Notes: generated by a model from the sequence alone, not told the origin. DNA of 64,000 nucleotides from an uncultured Desulfobacterales bacterium (GCA_947259495.1 CAMYLV010000004.1:128685-192684); one strand, 5' to 3'. Positions 50,385 to 60,104 are shown, numbered from the stretch's first letter. Program-made: numbers and translations.

Positions 50385-51216
50385 TCTGATCAGGGCTTAT
50401 CTGACGCCGATGTCGCCGCAGCCTACTGCCATGTTGCCCGGCGGTCGACTCACAGAGAGGATCGAGTGTATTTTGTTTGATATTTACGGCACGTTATTTA
50501 TCAGCGGAGCCGGCGATATCAGTTTGGCCCGCAAAGCCGCCCCCCAAATTTCGAAGCTCGAACGCCTGCTGGCTAAATTTGAGGTGGGCATTTCGCCCCG
50601 AATGCTCATAGAGCAATTGCACCAGGCCATCGATACCCGACACCAGCAGTTAGTGCACAGCGGTATCGACATACCCGAAATCGAAATCGACAAAATCTGG
50701 CTGCAAATACTCGCATGCGATGATATCGAGCAGGCCCGCAAGTTTGCCATTGAATATGAGTTGATCGCCAATCCGGTATACCCGATGCCCAATCTGGCAA
50801 AACTGCTGACCGCATGCAGGCAGCAAAACCGCCGCATGGGCCTTGTTTCCAACGCCCAGTTTTTTACGCCGTTTTTATTTGAGTGGTTTTTAGGCGCTGA
50901 CATGGCAAGCCTCGGTTTTGATTCAGAACTTATTTTTCTGTCATATCAAATGGGATATGCCAAACCATCACTTGTGCTCTTCGAAACGGCCGCCGCTGCG
51001 CTTAACGCAAAAGGCATTGCCACATCTTCGGTTCTGGTTGTGGGCAATGATATGCGCAATGATATCTACCCTGCCAGAATACTGGGATTCCAAACGGCTC
51101 TGTTTGCCGGCGATGCACGTTCGCTTCGTTTGAGGGCGGATGACCCCCGTTGTCGCAATCTGTCAGCGGATCTGATACTGACAGATCTTGCGCAGTTAAT
51201 CGACCACCTCACCTGA
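50371..51216 (+). CDS. HAD-superfamily hydrolase (putative phosphatase)
   Basis: Motif I FDIYGTLF, motif II VSNA, motif IV VGNDMRNDI. Confidence 0.8.
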   Translation: MTRNDLIRAYLTPMSPQPTAMLPGGRLTERIECILFDIYGTLFISGAGDISLARKAAPQISKLERLLAKFEVGISPRMLIEQLHQAIDTRHQQLVHSGIDIPEIEIDKIWLQILACDDIEQARKFAIEYELIANPVYPMPNLAKLLTACRQQNRRMGLVSNAQFFTPFLFEWFLGADMASLGFDSELIFLSYQMGYAKPSLVLFETAAAALNAKGIATSSVLVVGNDMRNDIYPARILGFQTALFAGDARSLRLRADDPRCRNLSADLILTDLAQLIDHLT

Positions 51217-51368
51217 CTTGAATTTCAGATGACAGACGTCAGAGGACGGAAGTCAGATGGTCATTGCTGGCGGTTGAAACACCCTGTCTTTAATCTGTCT
51301 TCTGTTTTCTGTTCTCTGCCTTCTGTTTACTGACACCTGACACCCGAAACCTGGTTATGCCTGAACCC
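51217..51368. repeat. CAGAAGACAG-type hairpin element, copy R3 (inverted relative to R1)
   Basis: The reverse complement reads gggttcagg...gtgtcaggtgtcagtaaacagaaggcagagaacagaaaacagaagacaga...agggtg and aligns with R1. Located between the HAD stop and the convergent helicase stop. Confidence 0.7.
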
Positions 51369-51401
51369 ATCGTCATCGTGTTAGGTGGAATCTGAGCGAC
51401 T

Positions 51402-54235
51402 TCATTTTAAGAACCGGTCCGTTTGCCAGTTAACCGGTATCCTCATCTTTATCTGATTTCGATTGCTGAAAACCAGGTACCCCTTGTGCCGGCCGAACAG
51501 GAAAAGATCCCGCGTCAGTTTCACATCCATCTTGCAGTAATCGATGATTTCTTGAACGCGTCCCTGCTGCCACCATCTGAGGGCCTGCAGGCCATCCGCC
51601 GTCTTTTTTGAATTCAACGTTGCCTGTGCCAGATGCGCCAAAGACAATCTGAACCCTAAATGGTTGTGGATCTCTTCCAGGATGTCCAGGCTGTTCAGCG
51701 TCGTGAAATCAAAACGTGAATAGCCCTGCAGGACGCGATAATCAAAGCGTTTAATGTTAAAGCCGATAATCAGGTCAAACCGGTGCAGGTGTGCAATCAG
51801 GTGCTCAACTTGATCTTCCAGGTAAAATTCAAATGCTTTTTTGTGAGCGTCATAAATAACCCCGCAACTGATGCCCATCCGGTCAGCCCGGTGCCAGCCG
51901 CCGACGTCAGCGGCTGAGCGCTGTGTTTCAAGATCAAATACACCATAATTAAGTTCACGGGATGTTTGCACCCGCTTGTCCCGGGGCGCCTTTTTTGGGT
52001 TTTTTTGGGGTTGCAACTGAGCCCGGGGTAACCGGATGTTTTGATCGAAATCTTGGGGCTCGCCGCCGGCCTCAAGGCGCGCTAATATGAAAACAGCCCC
52101 ATTTTTGTCCATTGGCCGGTTGCCGGATCCACAATGCGGTGATTGAACGCAGGACGGGCAACCCGATTCACAGGGACAATCACGGACAACCTTCAGGGTG
52201 CAGTCTAACAGGCGTTGCGCATCTGCAAATGCCGCGCGTGTCAGACCGGCACCGCCGGGGATGCCATCATAAATAAAAATAACAGCCGCGCCCATCTGAG
52301 GGTGATAATTGGTGGACATACCCCCTATGTCGTTGTGGTCCGCCATTACCAGCAGCGGGAAGATGCCGATGGCCGCATGTTCAATGGCATGCAGGGCCCC
52401 CATCAGATCCACACCATGGTCATCACACGCATGCTGGATCAACGCGGGTATCTGAAACCAGAGTCCCTCGGTTTCAAAAATCTGAGGTGGGAGATCCAGC
52501 ATAATTCGGTCCACCAGCGTTTGGGTCCGGACGCACCTGCGTTCGTATTCAGTAACCTGATCTGTTACTTTAATATTCCCATAATAAATATTTGTTCCAT
52601 ATATATTTTTTTGATCTTCAACATGTAATATCTCGGTCAATTTGTGGCCCCGGACGCGCGTATAGTAATCCACCCGGGCCTGAGAAACGCTTATCTTACG
52701 CCGTCTGATATCCAGATCTTGCACCACAAAGGTGTCACCTTTATGAAGGTAGACGGCCCCGGGGTGGGTTTCCCGGAACGCGCGATGGTCATCGATTTCG
52801 CCGATCGGTTTGTCGGTTTGCGCGGCAATAATCTGAAAAGGATTTCCGGCGCCACGCAAATTGATGCTCCGGTGAGGCATTTTACGATTTGCGTAAATTG
52901 TCCGCCCATCGGCACTTCTGAACAACTGACCGTTGCTTTCAAGTTTGGCCAAAAGTTCGGTTGCGATATCTCCGTCGAGCATGGAATCTGCTGCGTCCAA
53001 CGGTAATTCTGCCGCTGCGCAGATCAGATGGGGGGTCATTATTTGACTGTTCAACGGATTGACAACAGCCGATTCCGGCTCACGGTGAACAAAATCCTGC
53101 GGATTTCGCATAAAATACTGATCCAGTGCGTCTTGCCCGGCAATTAGGATCAGAGCCGAATCCTGACCGCAGCGACCCACACGGCCGCCTCGCTGCCAGG
53201 TTGAGATGACCGAACCCGGATACCCCACCAGCAGGCAAAGATCCAAATCTCCAATATCGATACCTAACTCCAGGGCACTGGTGGAAATAACCGCCAGCAG
53301 TTCGCCATTTGCGAGCCGCGCTTCAATATCCCGACGTTCCTGTGGGAGAAGCCCGGCACGATAGGCGCTGATCCGATCGGCAAAACCACCGGATTCGTTG
53401 CCGGCCCACAGGGCAATCAGTTCCGTCAGTTTGCGGGATTGGGTGTAGACGATGGTTCTGATATTTTTTTTCAGGGCCTTCTGCAGCAAAAGAATGGCAG
53501 TGCGGGCCGGTCCCAGGGGGCCAGCTGCGCGGGATTGGCCACCGTAGCCGAGCTGAACACAAATTTTGGTGAGATGTCATAGTGGCTGGCGATGCGGTGA
53601 AACCTTCTGAAAATCTGTGACAGGTGGGACCCCATCACGCCGCGGCAGGTATGGACCTCATCAACTACCACCATGCGCAGCCGCGACCAAAAGGCTGCCC
53701 ATTTGTGATGATAGGCCATCAATGACAGATGCAGCATCTCCGGGTTGGTGATGACCAGGTTGGGCGGGGCCTGCCGGATGCGCTTGCGGCGATAGGCGCT
53801 GGTATCGCCATCATAAATCGCAGCTGTCGGTTGCGAGGGTTTTAGATGGGTGGCCAGCATTTCAAAGGTTTGCAGTTGATCATGTGCCAGCGCTTTTAAG
53901 GGAAAGATATATAAGGCGGTTGCATCCGGATCTTTTAAAAAATGCTCCAGCACCGGCAGATCATAGACCAGGGTTTTGCCGCTGGCAGTCGGGGTGGCAA
54001 CAATCACGTGTCGGCCGCTGCGGATAAGATCAATGGCCTGTGCCTGATGCCGGTATAAATTTTTGATACCGGCGGATTTCAGCAGTGCCCGAATCGCATC
54101 CGGCCACGGGTGTGTCGGTTCGGCCCAACCGGCCGGTTTAGCCGGTAAGTTATGCTGATATACCACCTGAGATCCCAACCGTCTGGAATTTGAAAGCGCT
54201 TTTAAAAATTCACCTATTTTAGAATCCGTAACCAT
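51402..54235 (-). pseudogene. YprA/MrfA-type DEAD/DEAH helicase (DUF1998) fused to a YprB/MrfB-like DEDD exonuclease domain, with reading frame broken by 1 nt
   Basis: The N-terminal ORF 53471..54235 carries ATPTASGKT, DEVH and SAT. The C-terminal ORF 51402..53489 carries the RecA2 domain, the DUF1998 Cys cluster CPCESGCPSCVQSPHCGSGN and then FDLET / GFNIKRFD / YCKMD (DEDDy-like). Adding one G to the G5 run at 53516-53520 joins the frames as ...ANPAQLAPLGPARTAILLLQKAL..., giving ~944 aa. Confidence 0.75.
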
Positions 54236-54282
54236 GCGGCTTTGAAATAATTTATTCCAGAATCCATACGGCCGGGCTCTGT

Positions 54283-54855
54283 CTATGTTTTCACGCGTTC
54301 GACATATTGGCCGGTGCGGGTATCGATTCGGATCAATTCACTTTCCTGAATAAACGGCGGAACATTTAAGACATAGCCGGTTTCCAGAGTCGCCGGTTTG
54401 GAATCACCGGAAGCGGTATCTCCTTTTACCCAGGGATCTGTTTTAACAACTTTCAGATCGATAAAATACGGCAGTGTAACTTCAATGGGCCTGCCATCAA
54501 ACAGCAGGACATTGCAAACGGTATTTTCTTTTAAAAAATTTTTGGATTCACCGAGTTGTTCTTCAGTCACAAATTCCTGTTCATAGTTGGATGTGTTCAT
54601 AAAACAGAATCGATCCGCATCCGCGTACAGGTATTCCATTTGAACTTCTTCCAGGTTTGCGGGATTGAACTTTTCGCCGGATCGAAAGGTTCTGTCAAAT
54701 TGAGCGCCGGTAAGCATGTTTTTTAACTTGCACTTGTAAAGCGCCTGCCCCTTGCCGGGCTTGACAAATTCAAACTGGACAATCACGTAGGGTTCCCCTT
54801 CCAACTCGAGTTTCAGCCCCTTTTTTAAATCACCGCTTTCGAGCATGTCGTACAT
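54283..54855 (-). CDS. efp: elongation factor P
   Basis: GDLKKGLKLELEGEPYVIVQFEFVKPGKGQALYKCKLKNMLTG and the overall three-domain pattern. 190 aa. Confidence 0.92.
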   Translation of the reverse strand: MYDMLESGDLKKGLKLELEGEPYVIVQFEFVKPGKGQALYKCKLKNMLTGAQFDRTFRSGEKFNPANLEEVQMEYLYADADRFCFMNTSNYEQEFVTEEQLGESKNFLKENTVCNVLLFDGRPIEVTLPYFIDLKVVKTDPWVKGDTASGDSKPATLETGYVLNVPPFIQESELIRIDTRTGQYVERVKT

Positions 54856-55682
54856 CCTCCTTGGCTAAGAGATTTTTCGGTCCGACGCACCTGTTCAACC
54901 AGTTGTTTAACTTTGGCCGGATCTTTTTTAAACCGAATCGGGTTGCCGCCTTTATCAAGCGCATTGGTTCTGGTGCAACTGTCGACACCGGCCGGTTTGA
55001 CCTGACGGATGCCGTCCACTGCATTTTGTGCGGAAATACCGCCTGCCAGGATCACCGGAATACGGGAGACTTCAACCAGCTTGCGGGCTGTTTCCCAATT
55101 ACAGATTTTGCCGGTAATACCGACAAAACCCTCTACCGGCTGGTTGTTTCGGGTACTGCCGGAGGCCTCCACCAGGAAGGTGTCGGTCAAGAAAAAATCG
55201 CTGCTGGGTTCAAATCGCTGTGCAAACTCAATCGTCGGAACCGCTCCGGCACAGCCGGTTTGCACAATCGGAATGGATCGCATAATTTTAATTTTCGGAA
55301 AATGATCTTTTACGACCGTCTGCAGGTGGATCAAGCGATCACAAAAATCCCACAACCTGTCATGGCCCACCAGAGCTTCACAAAAATGGACAATATCCGG
55401 TTGATAATAATCCAGCGTACGCAATACGGTTTCCGGGCGATTATACAACAGTATTAAGCTGCTTCTGGCAGCGGATGACCGAATGCTTCGGATGGTCTCT
55501 TTTAATTGCGAAAGCTGCCAATTTTCTTCCGAAAGGATAACGCTGCCAATATGATCCACATCCAGTTCGGCGAGACGCTCAGCTTCCGCAGGTGTTTGGA
55601 CTTCATATATCTGTACAATCAATCGCTGCACGGGCAAACCGGTTGAAAAAAATTTCCCAATTTTAAAATTTGAACCGCTCAA
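54825..55682 (-). CDS. TrpF-like (phosphoribosylanthranilate isomerase family) TIM-barrel protein
   Basis: The C-terminal half parallels TrpF (GITGKICNWETARKLV...IPVILAGGISAQNAVDGIRQVKPAGVDSCTRTN). No other trp genes are nearby. TTG start at 55682. Confidence 0.5.
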   Translation of the reverse strand: MSGSNFKIGKFFSTGLPVQRLIVQIYEVQTPAEAERLAELDVDHIGSVILSEENWQLSQLKETIRSIRSSAARSSLILLYNRPETVLRTLDYYQPDIVHFCEALVGHDRLWDFCDRLIHLQTVVKDHFPKIKIMRSIPIVQTGCAGAVPTIEFAQRFEPSSDFFLTDTFLVEASGSTRNNQPVEGFVGITGKICNWETARKLVEVSRIPVILAGGISAQNAVDGIRQVKPAGVDSCTRTNALDKGGNPIRFKKDPAKVKQLVEQVRRTEKSLSQGGCTTCSKAVI

Positions 55683-55870
55683 CTTAGTACCTAATTTGAG
55701 CGCTTGTCGAGGTTGCCGCAGCTACAAGGAAGATGGCGTTTCGCTATAGTTGACTATGCGGGACGGCATCTGACACCATAGATGCGGTAAGATCGGCAAG
55801 CCCGCAGGGTTTCAAATTTTAAAAATATAGATCGATAGAATTCATTTAAAATTTGAACCGCTCAACTTAG
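55662..55870. repeat. perfect 26-nt direct repeat flanking a ~100-nt imperfect hairpin
   Basis: tttaaaatttgaaccgctcaacttag occurs at 55662-55687 and 55845-55870. Between the copies, gcttgtcgaggttgccgcagcta (55702-24) pairs with tagatgcggtaagatcggcaagc (55779-801). The repeat contains the TTG start and the first 6-7 codons of the TrpF-like gene. Confidence 0.9.
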
Positions 55871-55881
55871 GCTTTAAATGG

Positions 55882-55910
55882 TTGACATTTAGAGCCGTCT
55901 CTAACATATT
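55882..55910 (+). promoter_or_regulatory. candidate sigma70-type promoter for guaA
   Basis: TTGACA (55882-87), a 17-nt spacer, then CATATT (55905-10). About 200 nt upstream of the guaA ATG. Confidence 0.3.
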
Positions 55911-56050
55911 CACCCTGAATTCGCAAACCGACGGCCGCTATTTATTTCATTACGGGCATAAATTGAAAATTAAATTAGTGGCACGCAAAATTGCTGGATC
56001 CGCAATGAGATGCGCTTCGATGTATGCACATAAACTTCTTCGGTGCATGA

Positions 56051-56077
56051 GTGCCTCTGATGAGGCATTTTCGTTTT
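56051..56077 (+). terminator. short terminator-like hairpin in the guaA leader (possible attenuator)
   Basis: gtgcctc-tgat-gaggcat followed by tttcgtttt, 40 nt upstream of the guaA start. The stem is only 6-7 bp. Confidence 0.25.
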
Positions 56078-56117
56078 AATTATACGTTCCATACGCTTAA
56101 GCAATCCGGTTGGTCAC

Positions 56118-57647
56118 ATGATACTCATTATTGATTTTGGATCCCAGTACAATCAATTGATCGCTCGCCGTGTGCGCGAAAATCACGTTTATTGTCTGAT
56201 CGAGCCGCCGACCATAACAGTGGCTGCCATCAGACGCTTAAATCCTGAGGGCATCATTTTGTCCGGCGGACCCTCGAGCATTTATGAAAAGGACAGCCCT
56301 AAAATACACCCGGCGGTATTTAAGCTGGGCATTCCGGTTCTGGGTATCTGCTACGGCATGCAATTTATGATGTCGGCTCTGGGAGGAACTGTCAGGCGGG
56401 CCGGGCGGCGTGAATACGGCTTTGCCGAACTTCGCATAAAACGGCAAAGCGGTATTTTTCAAGACATTCCGAAAAAGACGCAATGCTGGATGAGTCATGG
56501 CGATTCCATTCAGCGGCTGCCCAGGGGTTTCACGTTAATGGGCTCCACCGAAAACACGGCCATGGCGGCAGCGGCACATCCCGGCAAACGCCTGCTGGGC
56601 GTTCAGTTCCATCCCGAAGTCGCTCATACGCCTCAGGGTATGAAAATACTGCGAAATTTTTTGTTTGGAATTTGCGGGTGCAAACGGTCCTGGTCGATGA
56701 AATCATTTGCCAGGCAGACGATCCAGGACATCCGCCAGACGGTTGCCGACAAAAAAGTTATTCTGGGCTTAAGCGGCGGGGTGGATTCTTCTGTAACAGC
56801 GATGCTGCTGCACCAGAGCATTCATAAGCAACTCACGTGCATTTTTGTAGATAATGGTCTATTGCGGAAAAACGAAGCTGACAAACTAAAAGTGACCCTC
56901 AAGCAGCACCTGAACATCAACATCCGGTTTGTCAATGCCGCTGCCCGATTCTTAAAAGCGCTGAAAAACATCACCGATCCGGAAAAAAAACGAAAAATTA
57001 TTGGCCGAATTTTTATGGATGTTTTTGAGGCTGAGGCCAAGAAGATAAAAGGCGCTGAATATTTGGCCCAGGGCACTCTGTATCCGGATGTCATTGAGTC
57101 CGTATCGGCTTTTGGCGGCCCGACATCTATTATTAAATCACATCACAATGTCGGCGGGCTTCCGGGAAAAATGAAATTAAAGCTGATTGAGCCCCTGCGG
57201 TATCTGTTCAAGGATGAAGTCCGCCTGCTGGGCAAAGAATTGGGGCTACCGGCTGAACTTATCTGGCGTCAGCCCTTTCCCGGTCCGGGCCTGGCCGTCA
57301 GAGTCCTGGGTGAAATCAAGCACAAGCGTTTGCGGATTTTGCGGGATGTGGACGACGTTTTACTTGAAGAGATTAAGAATGCCGGATATTATAATAAGTT
57401 ATGGCAGTCTTTTGCCGTCCTGCTCCCCCTAAAAAGCGTGGGGGTAATGGGCGATCAGCGAACCTATGAAAATATTGTGGCGATTCGGGCGGTGACGAGC
57501 AAAGATGCCATGACCGCAGATTGGGCCAAATTGCCACATAAACTGCTCGGTAAAATTTCCAATCGGATCATCAATGAAGTCGATGGGGTTAATCGAGTGG
57601 TTTATGATATCAGCTCCAAGCCACCCAGTACCATCGAATGGGAATAA
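56118..57647 (+). CDS. guaA: GMP synthase (glutamine-hydrolysing)
   Basis: GATase domain ([30 protein letters not shown]), ATP-PPase SGGVDSS motif, C-terminal dimerisation domain ending in PPSTIEWE. Confidence 0.95.
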   Translation: MILIIDFGSQYNQLIARRVRENHVYCLIEPPTITVAAIRRLNPEGIILSGGPSSIYEKDSPKIHPAVFKLGIPVLGICYGMQFMMSALGGTVRRAGRREYGFAELRIKRQSGIFQDIPKKTQCWMSHGDSIQRLPRGFTLMGSTENTAMAAAAHPGKRLLGVQFHPEVAHTPQGMKILRNFLFGICGCKRSWSMKSFARQTIQDIRQTVADKKVILGLSGGVDSSVTAMLLHQSIHKQLTCIFVDNGLLRKNEADKLKVTLKQHLNINIRFVNAAARFLKALKNITDPEKKRKIIGRIFMDVFEAEAKKIKGAEYLAQGTLYPDVIESVSAFGGPTSIIKSHHNVGGLPGKMKLKLIEPLRYLFKDEVRLLGKELGLPAELIWRQPFPGPGLAVRVLGEIKHKRLRILRDVDDVLLEEIKNAGYYNKLWQSFAVLLPLKSVGVMGDQRTYENIVAIRAVTSKDAMTADWAKLPHKLLGKISNRIINEVDGVNRVVYDISSKPPSTIEWE

Positions 57648-57659
57648 AAGATAAGGACA

Positions 57660-58535
57660 GTGATCATGATCGACGACGAACAATATTCCTCATTTAAATT
57701 TGAAGGAGACGACGAACCGGATTCCGAACAAACGGTCTACCAGGATGAGGTCAAGGATCGAAGGGTTGAAAAATTAAGCCATCGCGTTACCATTATTTCG
57801 ATTCTGATCCCGGTTTTAATCGGCGTAATTTTCTATATTGCCTACAGCGACGTCACCAGCCGCGTCAGTCAGAGTCAGGATGTCGGCGCAATGGAAATTC
57901 AAAATCTTTCCAGTCAGCTAAACGAGAACTTTGCCGCCCTCTCTGCAAAATACGGCGACCTCGAAACTGCGTTGACCGAAAAACTGGCAAGCCTCGAGAA
58001 AGTCGACAAGGCCATGAAAACCAATCTAAAACAGGCGGAAGCTACCGTCGCTAAAATAAATGCGACCAAAGCAGATAAAAAAGACCAGCAGGAGGTTATT
58101 GCCAAAATCGATTCGGCTTTGAGCCCCATCCGCAAAGAATTAAAAGACCTGGCTTCCATGCGCAATGATCTCAAAGCCGTTTCCGCCGAGGTGACTGCTT
58201 TGGACAGGGATCTGCAACAACGGCTTTCCGCTCTTTCCGCAAACATTGATAAGGCTTTAAACGGTTTAACGCGAATTCGATCCGATGTGTCAAACGTGTC
58301 CAATCGAAAAATAGACAAAGACGCATTACAGCTGGAACTGTTGAAAGCCAGGAAAAACTTCCAGAGAGAGCTTGATGTAACCAAATCGGCAATCGACAAA
58401 AGCCTTGCATCGATGCTCAGAAAAATAAAAGATCTGGAAAAATTGACCCAGGCACCGGTTATATCTCCCAGGTCCTCCGGCGGCACTACTTCTCAGGGAT
58501 CCGGCAGTATCACCGAGCAGGAAATCAAGGAATAG
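57660..58535 (+). CDS. membrane-anchored coiled-coil protein, function unknown
   Basis: Acidic N-terminus, one TM helix (ISILIPVLIGVIFYIAY), then ~200 aa of heptad-like coiled coil. GTG 57660 or ATG 57666 start. Confidence 0.6.
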   Translation: MIMIDDEQYSSFKFEGDDEPDSEQTVYQDEVKDRRVEKLSHRVTIISILIPVLIGVIFYIAYSDVTSRVSQSQDVGAMEIQNLSSQLNENFAALSAKYGDLETALTEKLASLEKVDKAMKTNLKQAEATVAKINATKADKKDQQEVIAKIDSALSPIRKELKDLASMRNDLKAVSAEVTALDRDLQQRLSALSANIDKALNGLTRIRSDVSNVSNRKIDKDALQLELLKARKNFQRELDVTKSAIDKSLASMLRKIKDLEKLTQAPVISPRSSGGTTSQGSGSITEQEIKE

Positions 58536-58536
58536 C

Positions 58537-59286
58537 ATGGATCATAATTTGCTGACGGCTATTTTAAAATCAGTGGCTAACGGTCAACTGGCAGTTGCTG
58601 ATGCGGTTGAAAAACTAAGCCACATGAGTTTTGAAGATATCGAGTTTGCCCATGTCGATCATCACCGCTCACTTCGCAAAGGCTTTCCTGAAGTAATTTT
58701 CGGACAGGGAAAAACCGCGGACCAGGTGATCGGTATCATGGAGAAAATGACAGATCAGGAAACCATTCTACTGGTCACCCGTGTCGAGCCGGATAAAGCC
58801 GATGCGGTCATTACTTGCTTTCCGGATGCGGTTTATCACCCTGATGCCCGCATGATTGTGTGGATGCTTAGGAAACCGCAAGTGATCGGTCGCGGGATCA
58901 TCCTCATCATTTCAGCCGGCACATCGGACATCCCGGTCGCTAAAGAAGCGTATTTGACCGCCAAAGCCATGGGTAACCAGGTAGAAACCATTTTTGATGT
59001 GGGTGTGTCGGGAATTCATCGTCTTTTGGGTCATCGAGAAGCGCTTGAAAAGGCATCGGTCCTGATTGTTGTTGCCGGAATGGAGGGGGCCCTGCCCAGC
59101 GTTGTGGCCGGTTTGGTGAGTCGCCCGGTGATTGCAGTGCCGACCAGTGTGGGATACGGCGTCAGCTTCGGCGGCCTTGCAGCCCTGTTTGCGATGCTCA
59201 ACAGCTGCAGTTCAAATGTAGCTGTCGTCAACATTGATAATGGTTTTGGTGCGGGTTATATGGCCGCCATGATCAACAGGGGGTAG
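58537..59286 (+). CDS. larB: LarB-like (PurE-related) nickel-pincer cofactor biosynthesis carboxylase/hydrolase
   Basis: HRSLRKGFPEVIFGQGKT N-terminal region plus PurE-like core (IISAGTSDIPVAKEA...VVAGMEGALPSVVAGL...VIAVPTSVGYG). 249 aa. Confidence 0.75.
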   Translation: MDHNLLTAILKSVANGQLAVADAVEKLSHMSFEDIEFAHVDHHRSLRKGFPEVIFGQGKTADQVIGIMEKMTDQETILLVTRVEPDKADAVITCFPDAVYHPDARMIVWMLRKPQVIGRGIILIISAGTSDIPVAKEAYLTAKAMGNQVETIFDVGVSGIHRLLGHREALEKASVLIVVAGMEGALPSVVAGLVSRPVIAVPTSVGYGVSFGGLAALFAMLNSCSSNVAVVNIDNGFGAGYMAAMINRG

Positions 59287-59326
59287 ATTGTAGCTTCAAG
59301 GACTAAGATACAAAGGAACTGCTTTT

Positions 59327-59683
59327 ATGCAAACGGCGGTCGCTATTACCACATTTTCACAGAGTGAAAAAATAAAGGGAGGCTTAATCTGGGCTTCTCA
59401 GGCGGTAGAGCTATACAAAGCCCTGCCCGAGACAGACAAACCGGGCGCAGAAAAAATAATCAAGACTTTTGTCGACATGGTCGGCAGCGAAATCCTGATA
59501 TGCAAAAAATCGGCGCCGAATGAACTCTGGCTGGAAGTCGAAAAATGCATCAACACCGCCATGGTCATGATCAATTCCGGCGTGGCGCACGAAGCCGGTT
59601 ATCACCTCACCCAGGCCCTGACCCAGGTCACCACCATCGGTCAAAGATCCATGACAATCTTGAAAGACAACGGGCTTTTGTAA
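59327..59683 (+). CDS. hypothetical helical protein
   Basis: 118-aa ORF preceded by AAGGAA, 41 nt after larB. I prefer it to the overlapping minus ORF 59411..59890, whose N-terminus is encoded by the repeat element. Confidence 0.55.
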   Translation: MQTAVAITTFSQSEKIKGGLIWASQAVELYKALPETDKPGAEKIIKTFVDMVGSEILICKKSAPNELWLEVEKCINTAMVMINSGVAHEAGYHLTQALTQVTTIGQRSMTILKDNGLL

Positions 59684-59831
59684 AGTAAGACCTGAATTTT
59701 GCACGAGTCCTCCGGAGGCGGACAGGTCGGAGGCTTTCATATGCAATCTCAACTTCGCATTAATTTTCATGCAAGATTCAGGTAATAACTTACAGAACCT
59801 GCCGGGCCGGCCTTTTCCAAGCAGTTTAAAA

Positions 59832-59930
59832 GCTTTATAGTGGTTGTCAAAAAAACGTTCCGTTATTCCAACGTTTTTTTCTGCAACCACTTATGCCCAA
59901 TTCCGTATTAGGGAACATTAAGATGGAAAG
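59832..59930 (-). repeat. 106-nt two-hairpin repeat family, locus C (inverted orientation, 5' end truncated by ~7 nt)
   Basis: The reverse complement aligns with loci A and D: ...ctttccatcttaatgttccctaatacggaattgggcataagtggttgcagaaaaaaacgttggaataacggaacgtttttttgacaaccactataaa. Confidence 0.85.
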
Positions 59931-59936
59931 TCAGTC

Positions 59937-60104
59937 ATGAGTAAAAAACAACGGATCCTGATTTGCGTTATCATTCTCCTGTTGGACCTGGCCGTTTTTT
60001 TTCTGCCCCTCACCGCCATATTTCTGGTCTATATCATTTGGGAAAACCCCCCCTGGTTCAGGGAATTTTTGCAAAAACTTGATCACCCGAACCAATCGCC
60101 ATAG
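59937..60104 (+). CDS. unannotated 55-aa hydrophobic peptide (below the ORF-track size cut-off)
   Basis: Own translation: MSKKQRILICVIILLLDLAVFFLPLTAIFLVYIIWENPPWFREFLQKLDHPNQSP. It has a basic N-terminus plus two hydrophobic segments. More protein-like than the overlapping minus ORF 59931..60155. Confidence 0.35.
   Translation: MSKKQRILICVIILLLDLAVFFLPLTAIFLVYIIWENPPWFREFLQKLDHPNQSP

Noticed and set aside
23629-51368. Whether the short-unit periodic repeats (7-9 nt units) are a CRISPR or other spacer-bearing array
   Set aside because: The units are far too short and there are no unique 25-40-nt spacers. The arms are self-complementary hairpins, and no cas genes are in the window.
54861-55457. 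198-aa + ORF opposite the TrpF-like gene, and the 190-aa minus ORF 57914..58486 opposite the coiled-coil gene
   Set aside because: Both are mirror frames of real genes. The 57914..58486 product is Ser/Ala/Leu low-complexity, as expected for the reverse frame of a coiled coil.
55990-56040. Guanine/purine riboswitch upstream of guaA (the ggcacgcaa stretch)
   Set aside because: Only one short segment resembles the aptamer. The conserved junction and loop sequences and the P1 pairing expected for the purine riboswitch are not present.
59411-59890. 159-aa minus ORF overlapping 59327..59683
   Set aside because: Its first ~20 codons are encoded by repeat locus C. The + ORF has an RBS, sensible spacing after larB and a more natural composition.
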